Position numbers and translations under genes: made by a program
Part shown: positions 1 to 9,611 of the stretch, piece by piece
How the letters are laid out: every line of letters starts with the position of its first letter
Numbering within the stretch: the stretch's first letter is position 1
The notes under the pieces: generated by a model
Seen by the model: only the letters and a program-made list of their open reading frames with translations
Databases searched by the model: none
What the model was told of the DNA's origin: nothing
Source of the DNA: Mycobacterium sp.
GTDB taxonomy: Bacteria > Actinomycetota > Actinomycetes > Mycobacteriales > Mycobacteriaceae
Assembly (NCBI GenBank): GCA_035649695.1
Contig: DASRJA010000613.1
Span: 1-47,542 of the forward strand
Length of the DNA: 47,542 nucleotides
Direction: 5' to 3'

Positions 1-588
1 CTCGCGCGCGGCGGCAACGAGCAGCGCGACGATGTCCTGGGCGGTCACCGAGTCCAGGCTTCCGGTGGGCTCGTCGGCCAGAACGACCGCGGGTTCGGCC
101 ACGAGGGCTCTCGCGATCGCCACCCGTTGCTGCTGGCCGCCTGAGAGTTGGTCGGTCAGCTTCACCGAGTCCTGCGCGAGTCCTACTCGTTCGAGCGCGC
201 TGGCCACCCGGCGATCCCGTACCGTCGGCTCGATTCCGTCGAGAAGCAATGGCACTTCGACGTTTTCGGCCGCCGTCGCCTGCGGAAGAAGCGCCAGGCC
301 TTGAACGATGAAACCGCACGTTCGCCGGCGAAATCGGGCGCGGGCACGGCCGCGCAGCGTCGCCCAGTCAACGCCGGTCACCCGCACGTGTCCCTCGTTG
401 GGGGTGTCGAGTCCGCCGAGAAGATAGAGAAGGGTGCTTTTGCCTGAGCCGCTCGGGCCGGTAACAGCTATGACCTCGCCCCGGGCGGCGGCGAGCGACA
501 CCGAATCGACACCGCGAACCTCGTGCCCGCCGCCTCGATACGTCCGGGTCAACGTGAGCGCCTCGATCACGGGCGCTTCAGGCACCAT
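1..588 (-). CDS. ABC transporter ATP-binding protein (LolD/MacB-like), runs off the left edge
   Basis: Not in the ORF track; translated by hand from ATG at 588: [13 protein letters not shown]...GPSGSGKST (Walker A)...[15 protein letters not shown]...[10 protein letters not shown]. Overlaps the stop of the upstream ATPase. Confidence 0.9.
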   Translation of the reverse strand, partial: MVPEAPVIEALTLTRTYRGGGHEVRGVDSVSLAAARGEVIAVTGPSGSGKSTLLYLLGGLDTPNEGHVRVTGVDWATLRGRARARFRRRTCGFIVQGLALLPQATAAENVEVPLLLDGIEPTVRDRRVASALERVGLAQDSVKLTDQLSGGQQQRVAIARALVAEPAVVLADEPTGSLDSVTAQDIVALLVAAARE

Positions 589-1270
589 CGAGGATCTCGC
601 CGTCGCGCATGCTGAGGCGCCGGTCGGCCCGCTCGGCGACCTGCGGGTTGTGCGTCACCGTGAGGATGCTCGCGCCCTCCCCCGCCTTGAGAGTCGCCAG
701 AAGGTCGAGAACGCCTGCGGCCGTTGACTCGTCGAGCTCACCGGTCGGCTCGTCGGCCAGCAGCACCTGCGGGTGCGGTGCCAGGGCGACGGCGATGGCT
801 GCTCGTTGCCCCTCACCGCCGGACAACTGCCCTGCCCGGTGGCGGCGCCGGTCGGCGAGCCCGACCTCGTCCAGAAGTTGGTCCACCCGGGCCCGGATCT
901 GTGTGCGCCCTCGACCCTCGAGGCGCAGCGGCAGCTCGATGTTCTCGGCGACGTCGAGAAGCGGGTGCAGGTTGTCCCGTTGGAGTACCACGCCGACCCG
1001 CCCACGGCGCCACCGAGCCCGCGCGGGCGGCGGTAGCCGGGTGAGGTCTTCGCCGTCGACGACGACCGCTCCTCCGCTGGGCTCGACGAGCCCGGCCAAC
1101 ACGTAGACGAGGGTGCTCTTGCCGCTTCCCGACGGTCCCATGACGCTGGTCCAGGTGCCCGGCTCCAGTGTCAACTCCGCGCCTCGAAGCGCGATGGTCT
1201 CGACCTCGGTCTCGCGGTAGATGTGGTACAGCCCGCGGGCTTCCATCGCGGGGCCGGTTCGGTCGGTCAC
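578..1270 (-). CDS. ABC transporter ATP-binding protein (LolD/MacB-like)
   Basis: [28 protein letters not shown] and VTH motifs. Likely start is GTG at 1270, overlapping the upstream stop (GTGA), or ATG at 1246; the 1582 start in the track is overextended. Confidence 0.9.
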   Translation of the reverse strand: MTDRTGPAMEARGLYHIYRETEVETIALRGAELTLEPGTWTSVMGPSGSGKSTLVYVLAGLVEPSGGAVVVDGEDLTRLPPPARARWRRGRVGVVLQRDNLHPLLDVAENIELPLRLEGRGRTQIRARVDQLLDEVGLADRRRHRAGQLSGGEGQRAAIAVALAPHPQVLLADEPTGELDESTAAGVLDLLATLKAGEGASILTVTHNPQVAERADRRLSMRDGEILDGA

Positions 1271-2058
1271 TTCGGCGCCAGGATGGAGACCGGCCACACG
1301 TCTTCGCGGTGGCCGTTCACGAGCCCGCCGAGCTTGACGAGCCCGACGCCTGGGGCGAAGTATTTGTCTTCGTCCTTGTTCAGGTCCAGCAGGTCTCGGT
1401 CGTTGGTCACCAGCACGTCGGAATAGCGACCCGCTGGGACCTCGGCCGAGGCGCCGAGTTGCTTGATGAGGGCCACGTCCTCTGCGACCGTCGGCCGGTA
1501 CTCCTGTCGATACGCGTCGCCCTGCACGGGGCGGGCCTGCATGATGATGCCGGGCAGCGCTCCGTCGACGCCCGCCTCCCACGAACCGGCGGTGCTAGAT
1601 ACAACCCCGTTCGTGTACTCCTTTGTGTCCTCGCCGAAGTACCAGACGTTGCCCGCGGGGTCCTGCGCGTACCAGTCCGATGTGCGCTCCTCAAGGGCTC
1701 CCGTGACGATGTCCCGCACGACGCTCGTCTTTACTCCGAAAATGTCCTTCGTCTCGTTGGTCACCGTCAGCTCGATCCGCAGCGGCACCCCGTCGCGCTT
1801 GCCTTCGTAGACCATCACGGTCCCCGGAACGAGCGGGAAGTACTTGTTGGTGATCTTGTCGGTGAACTGGGCCGGATCGACCTTGGGGGAGTAGGGGGTC
1901 TGCATCAACGGCACCGTCCAATCCGGCGGCGACGGTGCCGCTGTGGGGCTACCGGTGTTGATCGACCCCGGCTGCCCGGGCGGGGCCGACGTCGAGCCAT
2001 TCGAACCGCAGCCGGCCATCGCGACCGCGGCCATAAAAGCGATGATGAGCCTGCGCAT
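1267..2058 (-). CDS. Putative lipoprotein
   Basis: MRRLIIAFMAAVAMAG-C signal peptide with lipobox, then a Pro/Ser/Thr linker and a beta-rich domain (WYAQD..GNVWYFGE..WEAGVDGA). First gene of the ABC operon. Confidence 0.75.
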   Translation of the reverse strand: MRRLIIAFMAAVAMAGCGSNGSTSAPPGQPGSINTGSPTAAPSPPDWTVPLMQTPYSPKVDPAQFTDKITNKYFPLVPGTVMVYEGKRDGVPLRIELTVTNETKDIFGVKTSVVRDIVTGALEERTSDWYAQDPAGNVWYFGEDTKEYTNGVVSSTAGSWEAGVDGALPGIIMQARPVQGDAYRQEYRPTVAEDVALIKQLGASAEVPAGRYSDVLVTNDRDLLDLNKDEDKYFAPGVGLVKLGGLVNGHREDVWPVSILAPK

Positions 2059-2177
2059 CGCGGTCACCTCCATCGATACATTCGCCGTAAGCATGTGCTG
2101 CCATTCCTGAACGGCATCTGAACGCCAGCCGGGCCGGTTACCGATTCCTTTTCGGGGTGCACCCGGTCAATACAGGT

Positions 2178-2444
2178 ATGGACATAGCGCTCAATGACGC
2201 CGCGCGCGAAGTGCCCGACGGCCCACACTTCGCGGTGATCGCCGCGAACGCCGACGGGTGCCCGCAGTCGTCGGTGATCTTCGTCAAGCGGACGGAGAGT
2301 GATCGTCCAGAGGGCCACGGCATGTGCGGATACCACGCCGGCGACCGAGCTCCGGAGCGCCGACGTCCGTCCGGTGTTCACGTCTCGGACCGCGGCGGGC
2401 TGATTCATCTGATGAAATCAACGGTGAGGTACCAAGGCCGCTGA
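2178..2444 (+). pseudogene. Remnant of a PPOX-class (pyridoxamine 5'-phosphate oxidase-like, F420-dependent) oxidoreductase
   Basis: N-terminus MDIALNDAAREVPDGPHFAVIAANADGCPQSSVIFVKR resembles the PPOX start (..AVIAT.N.DG.PQSS.); similarity is lost after about 38 aa. Confidence 0.5.
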
Positions 2445-2536
2445 CGCAGTGACTCGAAAAGGGTTGCGCGAATGCATACTACAGATGGAACCGAATTATC
2501 GGCGCGCGACGTGAGAGCGAAATACATTGGGGTACA

Positions 2537-2761
2537 TCATGATAACATTTTTGACAGAAACCTCGTTCCGGAGATCTCGACCGAGGTTGCCTTGCGCCAG
2601 GTGTATCTGGCGCCACCGGTAAATTCGAAGTTGCACCGGCCGCCCTGGGGCTCTTCAGTGCGCACGGCATCCCAATCGGCCTGCGGCATTGTGATCTTCA
2701 CCGTGATTACGTTGTCGAGCGCATAAAACGAATCGAGTGCTTGCTGCTGTTCGGCGCTCAT
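2537..2761 (-). pseudogene. Truncated N-terminal fragment, probably of a CotH-kinase-family protein
   Basis: 74 aa (LDSFYALDNVITVKITMPQADWDAVRTEEP..) resembling CotH N-termini (I.ITM...DW..L); it runs into an AT-rich tract and stops. Family call is from memory. Confidence 0.4.
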
Positions 2762-3000
2762 CGTTAATCCCCGTTTCCGCCACCATTCGTGGACTACTTC
2801 AGGGTGCGCCGGGTGCGCGCTTTGAGCGCGAGTAATGGACTACTCGTCTTGGACAAGAATTCTCAGGTGTGCGCGCCACGAATATTCCTGAACCTCTGGT
2901 CATCAGCCAGGCTGGCCGACCGGTTTCTCTTGGGCTGTGCTTTCGCCATGTGAGTTCACCAGCCGCATGGCTAGCGCCGAAGGCAAGTGAACTGGAATTT

Positions 3001-3190
3001 TGCAGCGAAGATTGACGAGACTCCGCGACACGCCGGCGTTTTGTCCAAGTAGCCCGGCGTTTCTGATCAATCTTCACTGCATCTCGACAGCGTTGCTGCT
3101 GCCGCGCGCCGCGCGGCTGCACTGAGCAGCCACCATGTGGGTTCTCAAGCTTGACTGCACTTTCTCAAGTTTTACTGCACCAAGACTGCA
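3001..3190. repeat. Array of a 15-bp motif TCAAKYTTBRCTGCA: one inverted copy, three direct copies and one partial copy
   Basis: TGCAGCGAAGATTGA at 3001-3015 (reverse); TCAATCTTCACTGCA at 3067-3081; TCAAGCTTGACTGCA at 3145-3159; TCAAGTTTTACTGCA at 3165-3179 (last two on a 20-bp period); partial CAAGACTGCA at 3181-3190. Confidence 0.75.
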
Positions 3191-3302
3191 TTTGTGCAGT
3201 GAGCGTGAGACGCGCCGCAGCACGTCTGGGTTCGTGAGATGAAATGGCACGGCGCATGTTCGGTGGTGGATCCGAATCTTGGTCCTAGTCAAGTGGCGCC
3301 AA

Positions 3303-3782
3303 TCACGGATCGGAAGACTCAACGTTGGTGCGTGCGTCGTAGGACTGTCGGGCGGTGGTGATGAAGTCGAGGTTGTCGTTGGTCCAGGCGGCGAGCGATT
3401 GCACGATAGTCAGCAGGCTTCGCCCCACGGAGGTCAGCGAGTATTCAACTCGCGGAGGCACGCTGGGATGGACGGTGCGAGAGACGATGCCGTCGCGTTC
3501 TAGATTGCGCAGGGTCGAACTGAGCATGCGCTGGGTGATGCCGCCAGAGAGTCGGCGTAGCTCGTTGAACCGTCGCGGCTCAATTCCGAGCTGACACAAA
3601 ATGATCACCGACCACTTGTCACCGATCCGCGCCAAAACACCTCGGACCAGCGCTGCCCGCTCATCGTCGCCAAGTTCGCCGGCACCGGTACCCGCGGTGT
3701 CGGCAAGGCTGGTTCCCTCGGAGATACCAGGGCACTTTGAACTGCCCTCTTGCTGCGTGGAGGGCGCAGGGGTCACCATCAT
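3303..3782 (-). CDS. HxlR-family winged-helix transcriptional regulator
   Basis: IGDKWSVIIL..RRFNELRR..GITQRMLSSTLRNLERDGIVSRTVHPSVPPRVEYSLT is the HxlR signature. Divergent from the oxidoreductase operon; start uncertain. Confidence 0.9.
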   Translation of the reverse strand: MMVTPAPSTQQEGSSKCPGISEGTSLADTAGTGAGELGDDERAALVRGVLARIGDKWSVIILCQLGIEPRRFNELRRLSGGITQRMLSSTLRNLERDGIVSRTVHPSVPPRVEYSLTSVGRSLLTIVQSLAAWTNDNLDFITTARQSYDARTNVESSDP

Positions 3783-3788
3783 CCAACC

Positions 3789-3805
3789 AGTATCTCTCAG
3801 ATACT
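3789..3805. promoter_or_regulatory. Palindromic operator candidate for the HxlR regulator
   Basis: AGTATCT-CTC-AGATACT with perfect 7-bp arms between the divergent regulator and oxidoreductase genes; a second palindrome AGGGCA-N8-TGCCCT lies at 3729-3748. Confidence 0.55.
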
Positions 3806-3841
3806 TAGCTGATGGATGGGCACTAGCCAGGAGTTGGATTA

Positions 3842-4837
3842 ATGAAGGCTGTAGCCGTACTTGATTACGGCGGCCCCGACGTGCTGCGTGTAGTCGATGT
3901 GCCCGACCCCCGCGCCGGGTCGGGCCAGATTCGGCTTCGTGTGCACGCCGCGGCGGTGAACCCGGCAGACACGCTGCTGCGAGTGGGTGACATCGATGCC
4001 GCACTTGCCGGCAACCTCGATCCGCCCTATCGGCCCGGTATGGACGCGGCGGGGATCGTGCATGAAATCGGTCCAGACACCACGACCGATCTGCAGGTGG
4101 GTGACCGGGCGATGGCGATGGTCGTGCCTATCGACGCCTCGGGTGGCGCTTACGCCGAATATGTTGTTCTGCAGGCAGATCAAGTCGCGCCTGCACCGCA
4201 GGGGACAAGCCACGTCGAGGCAGCGACGCTGCCGATGAATGGCCTGACCGCCCTGCTCGCGGTCGATACCCTCGATCTGGACCCTGGCGCCTGGCTCGCG
4301 GTGACCGGCGCAGTGGGCGCCGTCGGCGGCTACGTCGTCGAGCTCGCCAAAGCCAGGGGTATCAGAGTCGTCGCCGACGCCTCCCCGGCCGACGAGGCAC
4401 TCGTGCGCAAGCTGGGAGCCGATCTGATTGTGGCCCGTGGGCCCGGGTTCGGTGACCGTGTGCACGAAGCACTCCCCGACGGTGCCGCGGCCGTGGCTGA
4501 TACCGCACTGTTGGGCGAAGATGTCAGCGCCGCGCTCCGTCCAGGCGGACAGATCGCGGTGTTCCGCAGACCGGGTGAACGGGGCACGCGGCCTTACGGG
4601 GCACCCACAGACGTCAGTTTGCGCGACATTTGGGTGCCTGAGTACCGCCGGGCCCGCCACAAGCTCGACTACCTACGCGGCCTTGTGGAGCAGGGGAAGA
4701 TCACGCTACGGGTCGCCGACGTTTATCCCGCTGCCGACGCCCCAGCGGCGCACCGCCGCCTGGAGGCGGGCGGCGTCCGGGGACGCCTCGTGTTGGATAT
4801 CTGGGCTCCGCAGGAGATGCAGGAGCCCAGCCAGTGA
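3842..4837 (+). CDS. NADP-dependent oxidoreductase (MDR/quinone oxidoreductase family)
   Basis: YGGPDVL, AAAVNPAD, PGMDAAG, GAYAEY, TGAVGAVG and GRLVL motifs. Confidence 0.9.
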   Translation: MKAVAVLDYGGPDVLRVVDVPDPRAGSGQIRLRVHAAAVNPADTLLRVGDIDAALAGNLDPPYRPGMDAAGIVHEIGPDTTTDLQVGDRAMAMVVPIDASGGAYAEYVVLQADQVAPAPQGTSHVEAATLPMNGLTALLAVDTLDLDPGAWLAVTGAVGAVGGYVVELAKARGIRVVADASPADEALVRKLGADLIVARGPGFGDRVHEALPDGAAAVADTALLGEDVSAALRPGGQIAVFRRPGERGTRPYGAPTDVSLRDIWVPEYRRARHKLDYLRGLVEQGKITLRVADVYPAADAPAAHRRLEAGGVRGRLVLDIWAPQEMQEPSQ

Positions 4838-5952
4838 GTGGGGCCGTCGATATCGGCGTCGGAATCATCGGTGCCAGCCCTGGACGCAGTTGGGCCGCCA
4901 TGTCACACATCCCTGCACTACAGGCGTTGTCGGGATACCGGCTGCGCGCCGTAGCCACCGGGCGCGCGGCTTCTGCCGAGCGTGCCGGAACAGAGTTCGG
5001 GGTGGATGGTTTCGACGACCCGCGGGCGCTGATCGAACACCCCTTGGTGGATCTGGTGGTGGTGGCGGTCAAGGTCACTCACCACCAACAGCTGGTGAGC
5101 CAGGCGTTGGCGGCAGGCAAGATGGTGTTCTGTGAATGGCCGCTGGGCGTTGACGCCTACGAGGCTCAAAGCATCACCGACGAAGCCGTGCGTGCTGGGG
5201 TACCCACCGTGGTCGGGCTGCAATCCCGCTTCACCGCAGGTGTGCGCCAGGCGGCTGAACTCGTGCGTTCCGGCCACCTGGGGAGGGTCGTCTCAACGTC
5301 CATCGTCGGCTCCGGGCTGGCGTGGCGCCGGGTCACAGACCCCTCACACGCCTACATGTACGACGGGCGAAGCGGTGCGACAACGCTTACCGTCCCGGCT
5401 GCTCACGCATTGGACGCACTGAGTTTCGTCCTCGGTGAAACCATCAGGTACACAGCAGCGTTCGGCTTGAGTTCACCGTATGTCGAGGTAGCCGGTGAGG
5501 CTGAAGCGCTGACAGTGACTGCTCCGGATCAAATCGCCCTGACGGCTGAGCTCGCATCGGGAGCAGTCGCCTCGGTGTTCTACCGAGGCGGCTCATCGCG
5601 AGTGGCAAACCTGCGGTGGGAAATCAACGGAACAGACGGCGACCTGTTGCTCACCAGCCCGTCTGGAAACGGCAACATCCAAATCGGCGATCTCGCACTG
5701 GCCGCAGGCCACTGTACCGACACCAAGATCGTCGAGATCGAATTACCTTCACCCACAGCCGAAGTCGTCAATGTTCCGCCCGGGCCGGCGGTGGCCGTCG
5801 CCGAACTGTATGCAGCGTTCGCCCGCGACCTCCGCAACGGCACCCAGGACGCTCCGACGTTCGTCACCGCACTGCAGTTACACCGCGCGTTAGCAGGCAT
5901 CGAGCGCGGGGCGCGCTGGACATCGCCAGTCGAGGTGCGCTCGACACCGTAG
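4834..5952 (+). CDS. Gfo/Idh/MocA-family oxidoreductase (Gal80-like)
   Basis: VGIIGA..SWA..SHIPAL, AGKMVFCEWPLG and VGLQ.RF; GTGA overlap with the upstream stop. Confidence 0.88.
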   Translation: MSGAVDIGVGIIGASPGRSWAAMSHIPALQALSGYRLRAVATGRAASAERAGTEFGVDGFDDPRALIEHPLVDLVVVAVKVTHHQQLVSQALAAGKMVFCEWPLGVDAYEAQSITDEAVRAGVPTVVGLQSRFTAGVRQAAELVRSGHLGRVVSTSIVGSGLAWRRVTDPSHAYMYDGRSGATTLTVPAAHALDALSFVLGETIRYTAAFGLSSPYVEVAGEAEALTVTAPDQIALTAELASGAVASVFYRGGSSRVANLRWEINGTDGDLLLTSPSGNGNIQIGDLALAAGHCTDTKIVEIELPSPTAEVVNVPPGPAVAVAELYAAFARDLRNGTQDAPTFVTALQLHRALAGIERGARWTSPVEVRSTP

Positions 5953-6112
5953 GTGGGGGCAGTGCGCCGAAGAGACACGACTAGGCGTCGCTCTCTTCTG
6001 GTGATGCGCGGAGTGGCGTGGACGGCCGTTGACGTAGGCCGGGAGTTGAGGCGCTTACCGGCCATCGGGGACAACGAGTTTCGCCTTTAACGACAACCGA
6101 GAGGAAATCACC

Positions 6113-6853
6113 ATGGGACAACTCGAAGGCAAGGTAGCGCTCGTCACCGGAGGAAGCGCCGGTATCGGGCTGGAGACAGCTCGCCGCTTCGCCGCAGAAG
6201 GTGCGCAGGTCTACCTGACCGGGCGCCGCAAGGACGTGGTTGATGCCGCCGTCTCCGACATCGACGGCGACGTCGTTGGTGTCGTGGGCGACGTCGCCGA
6301 CCTGACCGCCCTTGACGCGCTGTACGCTACGATCGCCGAACGCAGCGGCCGCCTCGACGTCCTGGTCGCCAACGCCGGCGGCGGACAAGTGGCTGGGTTG
6401 GCTGACATCACCGAAGAGCACTACGACACGACCTTCGACGCCAATGTCAAAGGCTTGGTGTTCACCGTGCAGAAGGCGCTACCGCTCCTGCAGGACGGTG
6501 CATCGATCGTCTTGCTGTCCTCGGTCGCCGGCATCAAAGGCCTTGCTGGCGTGAGTGTGTACGCGGCAACCAAAGCTGCGATCCGTAATTTCGCGCGCTC
6601 CTGGGCGGTCGAACTGGCACCGCGCGGCATCCGTGTCACTGCGCTGTGCCCGGGACCCGTTGACACACCCGGCTTGGCTGGATTCGCCGCACAAGTCCCC
6701 AGCGACGACGCCGCCTCCACGATCGCAATACCGATGGGCCGTGTTGGCGATCCCAAAGAGATTGCCGCAGGCGCGTTGTTCCTCGCCTCGAATGAGTCGT
6801 CGTTCCTCACCGGTTCGGACCTGATGGTCGACGGCGGCCAAGCTGCGGCCTGA
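6113..6853 (+). CDS. Short-chain dehydrogenase/reductase
   Basis: TGGSAGIG, VANAG, YAATK and PGPVDT motifs; RBS GAGAGG upstream. Confidence 0.95.
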   Translation: MGQLEGKVALVTGGSAGIGLETARRFAAEGAQVYLTGRRKDVVDAAVSDIDGDVVGVVGDVADLTALDALYATIAERSGRLDVLVANAGGGQVAGLADITEEHYDTTFDANVKGLVFTVQKALPLLQDGASIVLLSSVAGIKGLAGVSVYAATKAAIRNFARSWAVELAPRGIRVTALCPGPVDTPGLAGFAAQVPSDDAASTIAIPMGRVGDPKEIAAGALFLASNESSFLTGSDLMVDGGQAAA

Positions 6854-7150
6854 CCTGAAATTCGGCCTTTCCTCGATCACCTCGGAATTCGACCAGTACG
6901 TCGACGAATGATGGACGCGAATCTGCCCATGGCGACACCCGCCGCATTGAACGATTGCCCTACAGATATGCCAGACGAACTCGGGCGCGCGTTCAGCCAA
7001 GACCGCGACGTCCGGGTAAGACGTGCTCTCGCAAGCGCATTAGATAACGCAGAACATCGGCAGCGCGCAGATGCTCGAGAAATACTCCTGCACGATCCGC
7101 GGTGGTCCGTCCGCTCAATTCTGCACACTGCTACACACCCGCCTGACTGA
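6854..7150 (+). pseudogene. Possible 5'-truncated remnant with a HEAT-repeat-like C-terminus
   Basis: The frame is open from just after the SDR stop; contains DRDVRVRRALA and DPRWSVR, both HEAT-like. Confidence 0.3.
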
Positions 7151-7475
7151 GAGCGGTTCTCGCTCATGATCACGCCTTCGACCCGGGTGCCCATCCACCT
7201 TGACTAGCGGCCCCTCATAGTCTGACGAGACGCATGAGTTTTCCTGTCTTGAACTGCGTATCACCATCGAGATCCGACGAGTCCACGTGTAGGTACTCGC
7301 GAACGGTGGCGGAACTTCACGTGTGATGGCGGAGCGATGGCAGATCCGTCAAGCCATCGACGGCGTGACCTTGGCCGGCGTGATCTTGCGGTACTGATAT
7401 CTGTGGAGCTCGGTCGCGTCCCCCGCGAAGCGTGACCGATCCTGCAACGACACCGAACTGGCCGACTAAACTGAG

Positions 7476-9611
7476 CTAACCCGGCCAGCCTGTCTCCAGT
7501 GGGAACTGTCCGTCGGTCAAATGGCGCTTCAGTATCTTTCCCGTCGCGGTGCGCGGCAGCTGATTGACGAACGTGACGTCGCGCGGAATCGAGAAGCGAC
7601 TCAGACGGTTCCGGACGTAATCCTTGACCATCTCTTCGTCCAGCGACGCCCCGTCGGCGCGGACCACGAACGCGGCGAGGCGTTGACCGAATTCCGGATC
7701 GGGAACGCCGACCACTGCCACGTCCGCGACCTGTGGCAAGACGGCGATAGCTTCTTCGACAGGCCGCGGAAACACGTTCTCGCCGCCGGAGATGATCATC
7801 TCGTCGTCGCGTCCGGCGACGAAGAGCCGCCCGCTGACGTCGAGGTACCCGAGATCGCCGGTGTCCATCAGCTGGTCTTCGATGGCAGGTGACGCCGCGT
7901 TGGTGTAGCCGTCGAACAGCATGTCGTTGCCGACGAAGATGCGACCGACGGCGCCCACCGGCAGAGGATTGCCGTCCTGACCGAGTATGGCGATGCGAGT
8001 ACCGAGGGGTGGTCGACCTGCGGTCGTCGGGGCGACGCGCAGGTCGGTGGGATCGGCGATCGTTGCCCACGACACCTCGGTGGAGCCGTAGAAGTTGTAC
8101 AGAATATCGCCGAAGGTGTCCATGAACTTGACGACGGATGCGCCGGAAATCGGCGACCCGCTGCTGGCGACCACCCTCAGCGACGACGTGTCGTATCGGT
8201 CGACCACGGCGGCAGGCAACTCAAGCATGCGCTGCAACATCACTGGAACCAATATCAGGACGGTGCAGCGCTGCAGCGCAATGGTTTTGAGACACTCTTC
8301 GGCGTCGAACCGTTCCATCAGCACCACCGTTGCGAGTAGCGGAGCACTCAATTGCAGCGCGGCGAGGCCCCAGGAGTGAAACAGCGGCGCAGACAGCAAC
8401 ATCACTTCGTCGCGACGCAGCGGCATCCGCGACAACATCGCGGCGATTGCGCCGAAGCCGGGTGGCGTGGGTCGGCGCGCGCCCTTGGGCGTGCCAGTGG
8501 TACCCGAGGTGAGAACGATCAGCTTGCCGGGTCGTTTCGGCGGCGCCACCGGTTCCGCGCCGGCGCTGGCAGAGATGAGATCGTCGATCGAACGCCGCTG
8601 CGGCACTATCGAATTGGGGTGCGTCGAAATTCGCGGAACTTCCGCGGGGAGATAGCGCACCTGCGGCTCGAGGTCGTCGTCGACGAATATGGCGTCGACC
8701 GGGTTGCGTTTGACGATCTCGTCGATCGCGCGGGCTGCAAGGCCGGTGTTGAGCAACACCAGGTCTGCACCCAACTTGCTCGCAGCCACCATGCACTCGA
8801 CCATCGCTGAATGATTGCGTGCGAGGACCGCGAACTTGCTGTCTCCGGTGAAGCCGCCTGCGACGAGGCCCGACGCTATACATGCGGTGCGCTCGGCCAT
8901 GTCCGCGTAAGTCGTCGTCCCGTACCGATCGACCGAAGCTACGTTGTGCGGTGATCGCGCGGCGGCCGCCCCGAGACCGCCTGCGAGCGTAAATCCCCAC
9001 TTGGCAAGGGAATTGAGTTGCCGAAGACCACGATCCGGCCGGGACGCTCGCACCACACCGCTGACGATCATGGTCTTCAAGACGCTGAGTTGCAGAGAAT
9101 GCCCGTCGCCCATGTTGACCAGCAGTGACGACTGCTTGCCTTCGAGATAGTCCGAAATACGCAGCAGGCCTTCTCTAACCCAGTTCCGGACGGCGCCGTC
9201 GCTGGCTTTCGCGAGGTCCGGGTGGAGAAGGCCGACCCCGAAGATCCTCACCGCGATCCGAGTGCCGCCCTCTTCGGGGGTCAGGCGAATCGACACGAAA
9301 CAGTGACTCACCTGTGTTGCGTGGAACCACATCAGCATGCTCGACCGGCGGAGGGTCTGGCGCATCTCGTGAGCGATGACGGCGCCGCGGGGTGTGGACA
9401 GACGGACCTCGAACTCCTGCGCGTCGCCGGAAACCTGCTCGCACGACCCGAGTCCGCGGAAGAATCGCGGGTACCAGTCGGGTGCCTGCAGGATGCCCCA
9501 GATTTCCAGACATGAGTGATCCAGTGTCATGTCGAAAGCGATCACGTCACGTGCCACGTTGGTCCTGCCAGGCTGTTCGTAGGCCAACTGAGAGATCAAA
9601 TTGTGGTTCAT
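7476..9611 (-). CDS. Acyl-CoA synthetase (FadD2/FadD12-like) with an N-terminal SRPBCC/cyclase-like domain
   Basis: LTSGTTGTPKG, FYGSTE, DTGDLG, GRDDEMIISGGENVFP and TATGKI motifs. The first ~160 aa (IWGIL..PDWYPRFF.G) look SRPBCC-like. Confidence 0.85.
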   Translation of the reverse strand: MNHNLISQLAYEQPGRTNVARDVIAFDMTLDHSCLEIWGILQAPDWYPRFFRGLGSCEQVSGDAQEFEVRLSTPRGAVIAHEMRQTLRRSSMLMWFHATQVSHCFVSIRLTPEEGGTRIAVRIFGVGLLHPDLAKASDGAVRNWVREGLLRISDYLEGKQSSLLVNMGDGHSLQLSVLKTMIVSGVVRASRPDRGLRQLNSLAKWGFTLAGGLGAAAARSPHNVASVDRYGTTTYADMAERTACIASGLVAGGFTGDSKFAVLARNHSAMVECMVAASKLGADLVLLNTGLAARAIDEIVKRNPVDAIFVDDDLEPQVRYLPAEVPRISTHPNSIVPQRRSIDDLISASAGAEPVAPPKRPGKLIVLTSGTTGTPKGARRPTPPGFGAIAAMLSRMPLRRDEVMLLSAPLFHSWGLAALQLSAPLLATVVLMERFDAEECLKTIALQRCTVLILVPVMLQRMLELPAAVVDRYDTSSLRVVASSGSPISGASVVKFMDTFGDILYNFYGSTEVSWATIADPTDLRVAPTTAGRPPLGTRIAILGQDGNPLPVGAVGRIFVGNDMLFDGYTNAASPAIEDQLMDTGDLGYLDVSGRLFVAGRDDEMIISGGENVFPRPVEEAIAVLPQVADVAVVGVPDPEFGQRLAAFVVRADGASLDEEMVKDYVRNRLSRFSIPRDVTFVNQLPRTATGKILKRHLTDGQFPLETGWPG

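Noticed and set aside
2520-2560. AT-rich tract starting GGGG on + or TGTC on - as a transposon terminal repeat
   Set aside because: No partner copy was found in the window and it matches no terminal repeat I recognise; kept only as a junction.
3001-3200. Possible mini-CRISPR array
   Set aside because: The repeats are short, degenerate, of mixed orientation and lack regular spacers; no cas genes are present.
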